Source: an uncultured Alphaproteobacteria bacterium
Lineage (GTDB): Bacteria > Pseudomonadota > Alphaproteobacteria > RF32 > CAG-239
Assembly (NCBI GenBank): GCA_944391315.1
Contig: CALXTD010000002.1
Span: forward strand, 24,573 to 88,572
Length of the DNA stretch: 64,000 bases
Reading direction: 5' to 3'
Part shown: positions 34,771-43,581 of the stretch, one piece after another
Position numbering within the stretch: the first letter of the stretch is position 1
How the letters are laid out: each line of letters begins with the position of its first letter
Position numbers and translations under genes: made by a program
The notes under the pieces: generated by a model
The model's input: only the letters and a program-made list of their open reading frames with translations
Told to the model about the DNA's origin: nothing
Database searches by the model: none

Positions 34771-37404
34771 CTATATTGCTTCTTTGACGGCGTTATATGC
34801 GTCAGTGAGCTTATTGGCATTCGGTCCGCCTGCCTGAGCCATGTCTGGTCTGCCGCCGCCGCCGGCTCCGCCGACCGCTTGAGAGGCTAACTTAACCAAA
34901 TCAATCGCTGAATATTTGTTGGTTAAATCCGGTGTGACGCCGACAACAATTGAAGCCTTGCTGTCTTTATCTGTTCCCAAAACAACAATTCCCGAACCCA
35001 AGCTCTTATTAATCTCATCAATAAAGGCCTTTAATTCCTTCGGATGGACGTTCGGAATGGTTCTTGCAACAAATTTTATGCCATTAACCGTTTCAATCTT
35101 ATCTTGATTGTCCGTGGCTTTAGCATTGGCAAAAGCTTTTTTGAGGTTGAAGATATCGGCTTCAAGTTTTTTCTTGTCTTCAAGAAGCTGTTTGATCCTT
35201 TCTTCCAATGTGTTGGTGTCTGACTTCAAAATCTGTCCGACGGCGTGGAGTTTGTCTTCCATGTGTTGGACATACTCTTCTGCACCGCGGCCGGTGACGC
35301 ATTCAATACGTCTTACGCCTGCAGCAACTGCACTCTCGGACACAATGTTAAAGTATCCAATCTCTCCGGTGTTGCTGACGTGGGTACCACCGCAAAGCTC
35401 ACGAGAGAAGGTGCCGTTTTCATCGCCCATGGAGACGACGCGGACTTCATCACCATATTTTTCACCAAACAAAGCCATGGCGCCTGCTTTGATTGCTTCT
35501 TCCTGCGTCATCAAAACCGTGGTGACTTTATAATTTTTACGAATGGCCTGATTAACAATGTTTTCAACTTGTCTTAATTCTTCGGCCGTGATCTGTTTGT
35601 GGTGCGAAATATCAAAGCGCATTCTGTCCGGTGTAACCAATGAGCCTTTTTGAGTGACGTGTTCGCCCAAAACTTCTCTCAAAGCCTTATGTGCCAAGTG
35701 GGTGACTGAGTGGTTGGCGCAGATGTCTTTGCGGCGTTCTTCCTGAACTTGGAAAGTTAAGGTATCACCGACTTTAACCGAACCTTTTAATAATTTGCAG
35801 CAATGAACCGAAACACCGTCCAGCTTGTGTTTGGTATCTGTTACCTGAATGGTGGTGTCTTGATTTTGCAACAGACCGGTATCACCAACCTGACCACCCA
35901 TTTCGGCATAAAACGGTGTCTGATTGGCAACAAGGTAAAATTCGCCGCCGGAGACCATATTTATCATTTGATTGTCTTTGACCAAGGCGGTGACTTGAGC
36001 GTCGGCTTTCAATGTATTATAACCTAAAAATTCGGTAGCGCCGACTTTTTCTTGAACATCAAACCAAACCTTTTCCGTGCCGGCATCGCCTGAACCTGCC
36101 CAGTTCTTTCTTGCTTCCTCACGTTGTTTTTCCATGGCGGCGTCAAAGCCTTTGGTATCAACATTGATACCTTTGGTGCGCAAAGCGTCTTGGGTTAAGT
36201 CAAGCGGGAAACCGTAAGTGTCATAAAGCTTGAAAGCTGTTTCTCCGGCCAAGGTATCGCCTTCTTTTAATTCGGCAGAAGCCTCATCCAGCAAGCGAAT
36301 GCCTTTATCCAAGGTGCGTAAGAAACGGGTTTCTTCAGCCTTAATGGTTTCGGTAATCAGAGCTTCGGCACGGTATAATTCAGGATAAGCTTCGCCCATT
36401 TCTCTTTGCAGAGACGGAAGTAATTTATACATCATCGGTTCTTTAACGCCGAGCATATAAGCGTGTCTCATCGCTCTTCTCATAATGCGGCGCAAAACAT
36501 AGCCGCGGCCTTCATTCGAGGGCAGAACGCCGTCGGCAATCAAGAAAGCGGTTGAACGCAAGTGGTCGGCCAAGACATTAAATGATGCTTTGAACGGTCC
36601 TTCAGGGTCTTCCTTCGGAGCGAGTTTTGAAATGTCGTTAATCAAATTGCGGAACAAGTCAATTTCATAATTGGAGTGAACGCCTTGCAAAATGGCCGAA
36701 ATACGCTCCAAGCCCATGCCGGTATCAATGCATTTTTTCTTTAAGGGAATTCTGCTGCCGTCGGGCAAGTCTTCAAACTGGTCAAACACCAAGTTCCAAA
36801 TTTCTATCCAACGGTCGCCGTCTTCTTCCGGTGTTCCCGGTAAACCGCCCCAAACCTCGGGGCCGTGGTCATAGAAAATCTCAGAGCAGGGGCCGCAAGG
36901 ACCGGTATCGCCCATTTGCCAGAAATTGTCTTTGGTGGCAATGCGGATGATTCTGTCATCAGGCAAGCCTGAAACTTTTTTCCAGATATTCCACGCTTCA
37001 TCATCATTATGATATACGGTGACTGCTAAGCGATCTTTTGGTAAATCAAACTCTTTGGTAACCAATTCCCAAGCCCAATTAATGGCGTCATCTTTGAAGT
37101 AATCACCAAACGAAAAGTTGCCCAGCATTTCAAAAAATGTGTGGTGTCTGACGGTATATCCGACGTTGTCCAGATCGTTGTGCTTTCCTCCGGCTCGAAC
37201 CGATTTTTGGGAAGTGGCGGCTCGGGTGTAGTCACGTGTTTCGTTGCCGGTGAAAATGTTTTTGAACTGAACCATGCCTGAGTTGGTGAACATCAGGGTC
37301 GGGTCATTGTCCGGTACAAGTGATGATGACGGAATGATTTTGTGTCCGTGTTTTTCAAAGAAGTCCAGATAGGTTCTTCTTATGTCTTTTAATGTGACTG
37401 TCAT
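34771..37404 (-). CDS. alaS: alanine--tRNA ligase
   Basis: [42 protein letters not shown]...[19 protein letters not shown] are AlaRS signatures. The C-terminal part includes [13 protein letters not shown]. Start set at ATG 37404. Confidence 0.95.
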   Translation of the reverse strand: MTVTLKDIRRTYLDFFEKHGHKIIPSSSLVPDNDPTLMFTNSGMVQFKNIFTGNETRDYTRAATSQKSVRAGGKHNDLDNVGYTVRHHTFFEMLGNFSFGDYFKDDAINWAWELVTKEFDLPKDRLAVTVYHNDDEAWNIWKKVSGLPDDRIIRIATKDNFWQMGDTGPCGPCSEIFYDHGPEVWGGLPGTPEEDGDRWIEIWNLVFDQFEDLPDGSRIPLKKKCIDTGMGLERISAILQGVHSNYEIDLFRNLINDISKLAPKEDPEGPFKASFNVLADHLRSTAFLIADGVLPSNEGRGYVLRRIMRRAMRHAYMLGVKEPMMYKLLPSLQREMGEAYPELYRAEALITETIKAEETRFLRTLDKGIRLLDEASAELKEGDTLAGETAFKLYDTYGFPLDLTQDALRTKGINVDTKGFDAAMEKQREEARKNWAGSGDAGTEKVWFDVQEKVGATEFLGYNTLKADAQVTALVKDNQMINMVSGGEFYLVANQTPFYAEMGGQVGDTGLLQNQDTTIQVTDTKHKLDGVSVHCCKLLKGSVKVGDTLTFQVQEERRKDICANHSVTHLAHKALREVLGEHVTQKGSLVTPDRMRFDISHHKQITAEELRQVENIVNQAIRKNYKVTTVLMTQEEAIKAGAMALFGEKYGDEVRVVSMGDENGTFSRELCGGTHVSNTGEIGYFNIVSESAVAAGVRRIECVTGRGAEEYVQHMEDKLHAVGQILKSDTNTLEERIKQLLEDKKKLEADIFNLKKAFANAKATDNQDKIETVNGIKFVARTIPNVHPKELKAFIDEINKSLGSGIVVLGTDKDSKASIVVGVTPDLTNKYSAIDLVKLASQAVGGAGGGGRPDMAQAGGPNANKLTDAYNAVKEAI

Positions 37405-37483
37405 TGTTTTTTTACTTCCCAAAAATTTATTGTTATTAAACCTTTCATTTAATAAGCTAATTTTTATTTTGAGTCAATAAAAA

Positions 37484-37520
37484 AGAGAAGGTTTGGTGTT
37501 CTTTCCTTCTCTTTGTTTTA
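37484..37520 (-). terminator. terminator after the TspO-like gene
   Basis: Minus-strand AGAGAAGG..CCTTCTCT followed by TTTTTT. Confidence 0.6.
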
Positions 37521-37530
37521 AAAGATTTTT

Positions 37531-38043
37531 TTACATATAAACCGTGGCGGATAAGCCATGTTCGTTGACCAATGCCAAATTTACAAATGCCATGTAGAGA
37601 ATGAAGGCAAATGTGGCGTAATTAAGCTTGCCAGATGTGGGGTCTCCGGTTTTGTAGGTGAGAATGGTGCGGAAGGCTAAAATCGTGTAGGGCACGATAA
37701 TGACTAAGCCCCAGCCGAGAAGCTGCTGTTGAAAAACAGTATAACACCATAAAAACTGCAAAACCATGTGGCTGATGAACGGATAATTGTATTTGGGAAA
37801 TTCTAGTGAATCAAGCCGCAGAATGATTATGATAAAAGAAGCACCGAGCAAAATATCGTATATCATCCAAAATATTGGGAAAAAGGCAGCTCCGGGAACG
37901 ATAAACGGGTGGTAAACAAATTCAAACCAGTTATTGATGCCGTTCATGATAAACATTTTGGAATAAAAAAATACTAATCCGGTGAAGGAAAGAATATAGG
38001 CTATCATGATATATTTTTTTGTGTCGGTGATTTTTTTGACCAT
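37531..38043 (-). CDS. TspO/MBR-like tryptophan-rich membrane protein (tentative)
   Basis: About 170 aa with 5 hydrophobic segments and aromatic-rich patterns (PGAAFFPIFWMIYDILLGASF; FLWCYTVF). Family assignment is by eye only. Confidence 0.45.
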   Translation of the reverse strand: MVKKITDTKKYIMIAYILSFTGLVFFYSKMFIMNGINNWFEFVYHPFIVPGAAFFPIFWMIYDILLGASFIIIILRLDSLEFPKYNYPFISHMVLQFLWCYTVFQQQLLGWGLVIIVPYTILAFRTILTYKTGDPTSGKLNYATFAFILYMAFVNLALVNEHGLSATVYM

Positions 38044-38201
38044 GGCGAAATGTCCTTTATCATTGTTTCTGATATTTAAGATATTCTTCCTCACGCTAAA
38101 ATGCAATGCTTTTATTCTGACAAAAAATTTTAAGAAAATACTTGATTTTTGTCAAAATACATGTTTTAATCAGGCAAAATTTATATTTTAGGGGGGCTGA
38201 A

Positions 38202-40163
38202 ATGGCTAAAAAGAAGTTTGAAGCTGGCACAAAAATAGAGTTTATCGGCGGTGTGAATGATGATCGTATCGGTGGAAACTGCTCGGTTATTGAACATACG
38301 AACGAAAACGGCAAAGTGACGCGCGTTATGTATGATATGGGGGCAATGTTTGCGCCTTATGAATCAGGGTTTGAAGCCGCTTATCCTAATCTGGAAGATT
38401 ATTTTGACAGAGTTAATCCTGCAAACGGTGAAGTTACCAAAGCGAAAAAGCCAGTAGATGCTCTTTTTATTACGCATGCTCATGAAGATCATATCGGGGC
38501 TTTGGTCAGTTATGTTCGTATGGGTTATCAGCTTCCGCCAATTAAAACAAGCCGCTTTACCAAGAATCTTATCAATATCGTATTTACGCAAAATGGTCTT
38601 AAAGCTCCTGAAATGGAAAAGGTTAAACCAGGGGCAAATATTCGTGTCGCTGATGATGTGGTGGTTGAGCCTTTTGTGGTCAGTCATTCAATCTTGGAGC
38701 CCATCGGATTTCATACACTTACCTTTGTGAATGATAAGCCTCATGCCGGTATTATGAATTTTGGAGACTTCTTGACTGAAGAAAATATGCCGCTCGGGGC
38801 GTCTTATAACAAAAATGATATTGAAGATTTGCTTAAACGCAAGCTGACAACCACTTTTTTGATTGATTCAACCTCAATTTCACCAAAATCAAAGCAGCGA
38901 ATCGGTTTTGATAAGGCGGTGGAAAATACCGTTGGTGTGATTAATTGCAATCCGGATCGTCATACAATTATTTCTCCGGTGATTTCGCGCAGTTTTCAAA
39001 ATATTGCCATTGATATTGAGGCAGCACGCAAGCTCGGAACAAAAGTTTGTTTGGAAGGTGCTTGGCTGAACTTGGTTTATAAAGCAATGCAAATGAGCGG
39101 GTATGAAGATTTTGATGATGTTATTTACAAAGGTAAATTGAACAAATTTTTAGAAGATAAGAAAATTTCTAAAAAATATGTTGTTTGTACCGGTGCTTTT
39201 GCCCAAGGTTTGCAAGAATATCGTCAAAATCGTGAAACCGGCGGCCTGAACAATATTCCAATGGCGGCGGCAACTAAGATGGCGCTCGGTCTGCATAAAG
39301 ATTTGAAGATTAATTCAGATTGTTTGGTACCTGCGCGTCAGAGAATTATTGATGAAATTAATGGCAAAACAGGCCCTGAAATGTTACAACTCTTTGCCTC
39401 TCAAGGTGCAAAGGTTGTTGTGACGCCGAGCGGCAAAAAAATTGCTAATTTTGAAGAAGTCCAGATGCAAGATTCCGGTCACTTGAATGGTGATGCTTTT
39501 CGTGCAATGCTGACAGCAAACCAAAAGCTTGTGCCTGATGCTGTGTATATTCCTATTCATGGCAATCCAGAACAGTGCCAAAATACCGCAGACATTGTGC
39601 AAGAAGCCGGTGGTCAAGCCGTTATGGCGTTGAACTCGGATGTAATTGCCGTTGCAAAAGGAAAGGCTGAGCCGGTTGCTTCCGATAAGCCGCGGGATTA
39701 TAACTGGATTGCCGTAAAACGCGTGTTTTATAATCCGCTTAAACCCGAAAAATTTGTTCCGGCGGAAGGAAAACTTGAATTTTGGCTCGTCGATAAGCAT
39801 TATCAGCCCCTGCAAGATGAACCAATTTTAGACACAAGTCTGATTAAAAAATCTAACCCCGGAGATGATGACTATTATGCCAACCATGCTGAATTATTTG
39901 ACGACACTGCTGAGTTTGAACGAAAAGAAACTAATCGTGAACGCAAAGTCAAAATGTCTCGAAAAGAGAAAAAAGCATTTAGAGATGAGGAAAAAGCAGC
40001 TCGCCTTAAGAAAAAAGCAGGTATACATAAACGCAACAGCCGCAAAAGAGCTGAAATTATGAGCTATGTCGACGGCTTGGGTGCTGAACATGTTAAAACA
40101 ACAAAATCTGGCAAGCCGAGAAAGATTAATCCTTTGAAGAAAAATGGTTTTTCTCGCGATTAG
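38202..40163 (+). CDS. rnj: ribonuclease J with a Lys-rich C-terminal tail
   Basis: Metallo-beta-lactamase motif ALFITHAHEDHIGAL with beta-CASP-sized length. A GGGGGG RBS precedes ATG 38202. The C-terminal ~80 aa are K/R/E-rich. Confidence 0.85.
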   Translation: MAKKKFEAGTKIEFIGGVNDDRIGGNCSVIEHTNENGKVTRVMYDMGAMFAPYESGFEAAYPNLEDYFDRVNPANGEVTKAKKPVDALFITHAHEDHIGALVSYVRMGYQLPPIKTSRFTKNLINIVFTQNGLKAPEMEKVKPGANIRVADDVVVEPFVVSHSILEPIGFHTLTFVNDKPHAGIMNFGDFLTEENMPLGASYNKNDIEDLLKRKLTTTFLIDSTSISPKSKQRIGFDKAVENTVGVINCNPDRHTIISPVISRSFQNIAIDIEAARKLGTKVCLEGAWLNLVYKAMQMSGYEDFDDVIYKGKLNKFLEDKKISKKYVVCTGAFAQGLQEYRQNRETGGLNNIPMAAATKMALGLHKDLKINSDCLVPARQRIIDEINGKTGPEMLQLFASQGAKVVVTPSGKKIANFEEVQMQDSGHLNGDAFRAMLTANQKLVPDAVYIPIHGNPEQCQNTADIVQEAGGQAVMALNSDVIAVAKGKAEPVASDKPRDYNWIAVKRVFYNPLKPEKFVPAEGKLEFWLVDKHYQPLQDEPILDTSLIKKSNPGDDDYYANHAELFDDTAEFERKETNRERKVKMSRKEKKAFRDEEKAARLKKKAGIHKRNSRKRAEIMSYVDGLGAEHVKTTKSGKPRKINPLKKNGFSRD

Positions 40164-40277
40164 TCAATTAGACTTTTTCCCTATCTTGAAAAGTTTATGA
40201 CTTGCGGCTATATGTTTTTTATGCTATAATGCTAGAGAATGAGGTAGTGTGAAAGTGTGTGTAGGCCTCGATTAAAG

Positions 40278-40309
40278 AAAAATTCCTGCTTTGCGGCAGG
40301 AATTTTTTG
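40278..40309. terminator. bidirectional terminator
   Basis: AATTCCTGC(40281-40289)/GCAGGAATT(40296-40304), flanked by A- and T-runs. Confidence 0.75.
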
Positions 40310-40324
40310 TGTGGGGTGTGAGGA

Positions 40325-41227
40325 TTAAAATTCGAGTACGGGACGAACCTCGCGGCTGCTATCCTTATTGGTGTAGGTGTCCAAACCGTAGCTATAGCTA
40401 AAGTATGAGTGCCACGCGAGGCCGCCGTTCTCGGACGACGACCAAGCGTAGGTGCTGGTTGTGAATTGTGTCCCATTTGCTCGGCTGAATCCTGTGTTTA
40501 TCGCGTCTTGGTTATTATAATATGAGGTAAATATTCCTGCCGCCGGTAGGCACCAATCTCCAGCTTGGGTTCCTGCTGTTTTATACTCATGTGCCGCCCA
40601 GGCTGCCGGATACTCACTCTTATCTCCCGCCGCCATTATTTTTGCCGTATTTCCACAACTATCATAATCCTTAGATGCTGATGAAGCTGAACTATAGTCC
40701 GGTAATGTCGAAATATTTGTACCATACCCGCCCCACTTATAGTTGCCTATTGACTTTAATGCCATCGCCCATCTTTTGCCATCACTGCCTATATAGACCA
40801 CAACACCAATAGCCTTTTTTGTTCCTACATCATTATCATATCCTGATGATGAACAGGTCTTATCGCTATATAATATTGCCCCTAGTTTACATTCTGTTGA
40901 ACTTTCTACACAGCCTTGTCCATTTTTCCATTCAAATCCTGCATAGCATTCACATTTCACATATTTACCATTGCAATCAGCGCCAATTCCTCCACCATCA
41001 ACATATCCTCTACCCACGCACAAATACGGAAAGTCTGCACATTCTCCGCCGCTGTTGCTTGGGCAATACCAATAACTTCCAAACGGGCATTTTAAGCCGC
41101 CTTCGCAAGAGCTTGTACTGCTATAGCCCATATCATAACAGCTCGGTGTAGCGATACAGGCCGCATTTGCTTGCACAATGCCGCCACAAAGAACAAATGC
41201 TGTTGTTGTATAGAGTAATGTCTTCAT
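40325..41227 (-). CDS. secreted Cys-rich protein fused to a DUF1566 (Lcl C-terminal)-like domain
   Basis: Signal peptide MKTLLYTTTAFVLCGGIVQANA. The Cys-rich N-terminal half shares the CNGKYVKCEC.AGFEWKNG.GC module with 3414..4748. The C-terminal half (DWCLPAAG..YAWSSSE..REVRPVLEF) resembles DUF1566. An AGGAG RBS precedes ATG 41227. Confidence 0.7.
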   Translation of the reverse strand: MKTLLYTTTAFVLCGGIVQANAACIATPSCYDMGYSSTSSCEGGLKCPFGSYWYCPSNSGGECADFPYLCVGRGYVDGGGIGADCNGKYVKCECYAGFEWKNGQGCVESSTECKLGAILYSDKTCSSSGYDNDVGTKKAIGVVVYIGSDGKRWAMALKSIGNYKWGGYGTNISTLPDYSSASSASKDYDSCGNTAKIMAAGDKSEYPAAWAAHEYKTAGTQAGDWCLPAAGIFTSYYNNQDAINTGFSRANGTQFTTSTYAWSSSENGGLAWHSYFSYSYGLDTYTNKDSSREVRPVLEF

Positions 41228-41247
41228 CTTCTTTCTCCTTTGTTTTC

Positions 41248-42057
41248 TTACATTGCGCAATAGTCGCAATAATCGGTATAACCGCTTTTACATCCGGTTG
41301 CATACCACAAGCCGGAGCAGTCTTCATATTCGCAGACCGAGCCACTTGGGCAACTCGTATAAGTGCCTAGATTCGGACAAGGTTTGCAATTATCATATTT
41401 GATTGTATTGCCGGATTGGCAAGTTGCGGCACCGGATTCCCCGCCCATAGAGCCACAATCCTGAAAGCCGTCGCAGGGATTGACTTTAACTTTATATTTT
41501 GTTTGACCGTCACAATCGAGGCAGGCTTCGCCGTCTTGAATATAACCATTCGGAATTGTCGTATAGTCATATCCGGCACCGCAAGGGGTACAAGTACATG
41601 ACGCATATTTTCCGCCGCAAGCCTCCCCAACTCCGACATTCGGTTCTTCACAAGTCACATAATCACTCGGACAAGAAGCCACGCATTCGGAATAATACGG
41701 ACCGTATGGACATTTCTTGCCTCCGAGTTTATACCCATCAGGGCAAGAAGTTAAATTATAGCCTTCATTAAAGCAGCGGTCACGGGGATTAAAATCATAG
41801 TCCGGTGGATTGCTTGAGTTGCCAAAGATATTATCTTCGCATTCGGACATATCGGTTACAAAGCAGACGGCGGCTAATTGAATCTCATCAGGCGAAGGCA
41901 AACTCTGTGACGAAGCATAAAGGTGTGTGTGAAGTGTGTAGACAAGCTGCTCGTCACTGATGATAACAGAATTATCAGCTCTCGCGCCGGTCGGCGAAAT
42001 TCCTACCGCCAAACAAAGCGCCGCGGCCAGAACCGCCTTTTGTCGTGAGATAAACAT
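41248..42057 (-). CDS. secreted cysteine-rich protein, paralogue of 3414..4748
   Basis: Signal peptide (AVLAAALCLAVGISPTGARA). It shares the modules LHTHLYASS..DEIQLAAVCF, GYDYTTIPNGYIQDGEACLDC, NPCDGFQDCG and KYDNCKPCPNLGT. Confidence 0.8.
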   Translation of the reverse strand: MFISRQKAVLAAALCLAVGISPTGARADNSVIISDEQLVYTLHTHLYASSQSLPSPDEIQLAAVCFVTDMSECEDNIFGNSSNPPDYDFNPRDRCFNEGYNLTSCPDGYKLGGKKCPYGPYYSECVASCPSDYVTCEEPNVGVGEACGGKYASCTCTPCGAGYDYTTIPNGYIQDGEACLDCDGQTKYKVKVNPCDGFQDCGSMGGESGAATCQSGNTIKYDNCKPCPNLGTYTSCPSGSVCEYEDCSGLWYATGCKSGYTDYCDYCAM

Positions 42058-42091
42058 AATACTTCTCCTATCCGTTTGCCTTCACGACTCG

Positions 42092-42120
42092 ATTATAGCA
42101 TAAATTCGATTTACTTTCAA
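42092..42120 (-). promoter_or_regulatory. extended -10 promoter of the Cys-rich operon (duplicate of 3351-3379)
   Basis: The minus strand reads TTGAAA, a 17-nt spacer ending in TGC, then TATAAT. The 34-nt 5'UTR has the same length as that of the paralogue and is partly identical to it. Confidence 0.6.
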
Positions 42121-42206
42121 CATGTATTTTTAAGAAAAGTGAAAGTGTGGCGCAAAAAAATGGAGCGAGGGGTTAGCTCGCTCCATTGGTTGAGGGATAA
42201 AAAATA

Positions 42207-43169
42207 TTATTCCTTGTAAGAGGCGCGGCGGATGCGGTCGTTAATTGCTAAACCTAGACCGTTTTGCGGAATAGGGGAGAGGGCAATGCCTTTATATTCT
42301 GTGTGTTTTTCAGCCTCTCTTAAGGCGGCAAACAAATTGGCCGCGGCTTCGCACAAGTCACCTTTTTTGCTTAAATTTATGTTGGCTTGGCATTTTGTTT
42401 CGCCAAAAGCAATGAAGAATTCATCTTCTTTGACGTCTTCTTCTTCAACATTTATTCTAAGAGGTAATCTTGGGGCATAATGTTTCAGCAGTTGGCCCGG
42501 AGCCGCCGGGCGGCTCGAACTCGTGTCGTTTATCAAGACCTTTTCGCCTAAAAAGTCTTCTAAGTCTTCTTTAGTCAAGCCTCCGGCTCTTAAAATCGTG
42601 ATCTGCTTGCCGGTTAGGTCAATAATCGTTGTTTCAACGCCAATCTTGCAAGTGCCGCCGTCCAAAATCATATCAACTTTATCGCCCAAGCTGTCTTGAA
42701 CATGCTGAGCCGTAGTCGGGCTAACCGTCTTAAACTTATTGGCCGATGGTGCAACAATCGGAACACCACTTTGCTTAATTAAAGCTAAAGCAACCGGATG
42801 ATTGGGCATTCTGACAGCTAAAGAACCAAGCCCTGCACAGGCCAAATCAATAGATGGATTATTGTCTTTTCTCTTCAATACAAAAGTTAATGGTCCCGGC
42901 CAAAAATGACGTGCTAAATCCATAACGCGGCTGTCGGTCTCTGCGTATTCGGGCAGAAAATCAATCTCGGCAATATGCGATATCAAAGGGTCAAACAGCG
43001 GGCGCTCCTTTGCCTTGAAAATATTGGCAACGGCCTGCGCATTATAAACATTAGCGCCCAGACCATAAACCGTGTCGGTCGGAAAAGAAACCAGTTTTCC
43101 GCTTTTTATGGCTTCGGCAGCGCGCACTAAGTTTTCAGCCGTCGGCTGATAGATATTATTTATACTCAT
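42207..43169 (-). CDS. L-threonylcarbamoyladenylate synthase (Sua5/YwlC-type, TsaC plus Sua5 domain)
   Basis: FPTDTVYGLGANVYN..IFKAKERPLFDPLISHI, and at 320 aa the length implies the extra Sua5 domain. Confidence 0.85.
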   Translation of the reverse strand: MSINNIYQPTAENLVRAAEAIKSGKLVSFPTDTVYGLGANVYNAQAVANIFKAKERPLFDPLISHIAEIDFLPEYAETDSRVMDLARHFWPGPLTFVLKRKDNNPSIDLACAGLGSLAVRMPNHPVALALIKQSGVPIVAPSANKFKTVSPTTAQHVQDSLGDKVDMILDGGTCKIGVETTIIDLTGKQITILRAGGLTKEDLEDFLGEKVLINDTSSSRPAAPGQLLKHYAPRLPLRINVEEEDVKEDEFFIAFGETKCQANINLSKKGDLCEAAANLFAALREAEKHTEYKGIALSPIPQNGLGLAINDRIRRASYKE

Positions 43170-43173
43170 GGTC

Positions 43174-43581
43174 TTAAATCTTTATGATGTTTTCAAGTGC
43201 TTTTTCTAAAGTTTTGTATTCTTCTAGCACGTTAAAGTCTTGTTTGTCAATAATTTTATAAATTTGTTTCGTGGTGTCGTAAAGCAAAAAATCAAACGCG
43301 TTTTCGGCAATAAGAAGTTGATCTTTTGAAAATTTGTCTTGATAGAAAATATTGGCGTTTACAATATCCATTAAATTATTTGGTTCGGGATAAATTCCGA
43401 AAATGTGGCAGTCTTCTGCCTTGAAGCCGTTTTGAAGATGCAGAAAATCAGCCAGTTCTTGCGGAAGAGAGGCAAAGCCTAGTTTTTTTAAGGTTTTTTG
43501 CGCAAAGATGAGCATTTCGGCTTTGGTTGTGTTATGTGAAAAATCATTATTCTTTGCCAGATATGTCAGCAAGTTTTTCAT
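43174..43581 (-). CDS. SUKH/SMI1-KNR4-like protein (candidate immunity protein)
   Basis: 135 aa. LGFASLPQELADFLHLQNGFKAEDCHIFGIYP resembles the SUKH-1 core (LP..Y..FL...NG). Its ATG overlaps the upstream stop as TAATG. Confidence 0.45.
   Translation of the reverse strand: MKNLLTYLAKNNDFSHNTTKAEMLIFAQKTLKKLGFASLPQELADFLHLQNGFKAEDCHIFGIYPEPNNLMDIVNANIFYQDKFSKDQLLIAENAFDFLLYDTTKQIYKIIDKQDFNVLEEYKTLEKALENIIKI

Noticed and set aside
40249-40259. An 11-nt direct repeat GTGAAAGTGTG (also at 42139-42149) flanking the Cys-rich two-gene locus, considered as a possible target-site duplication.
   Set aside because: An exact 11-mer match is expected by chance many times in 64 kb: roughly (64000^2/2)/4^11, or a few hundred pairs. 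Without an empty-site comparison this is not evidence of insertion.
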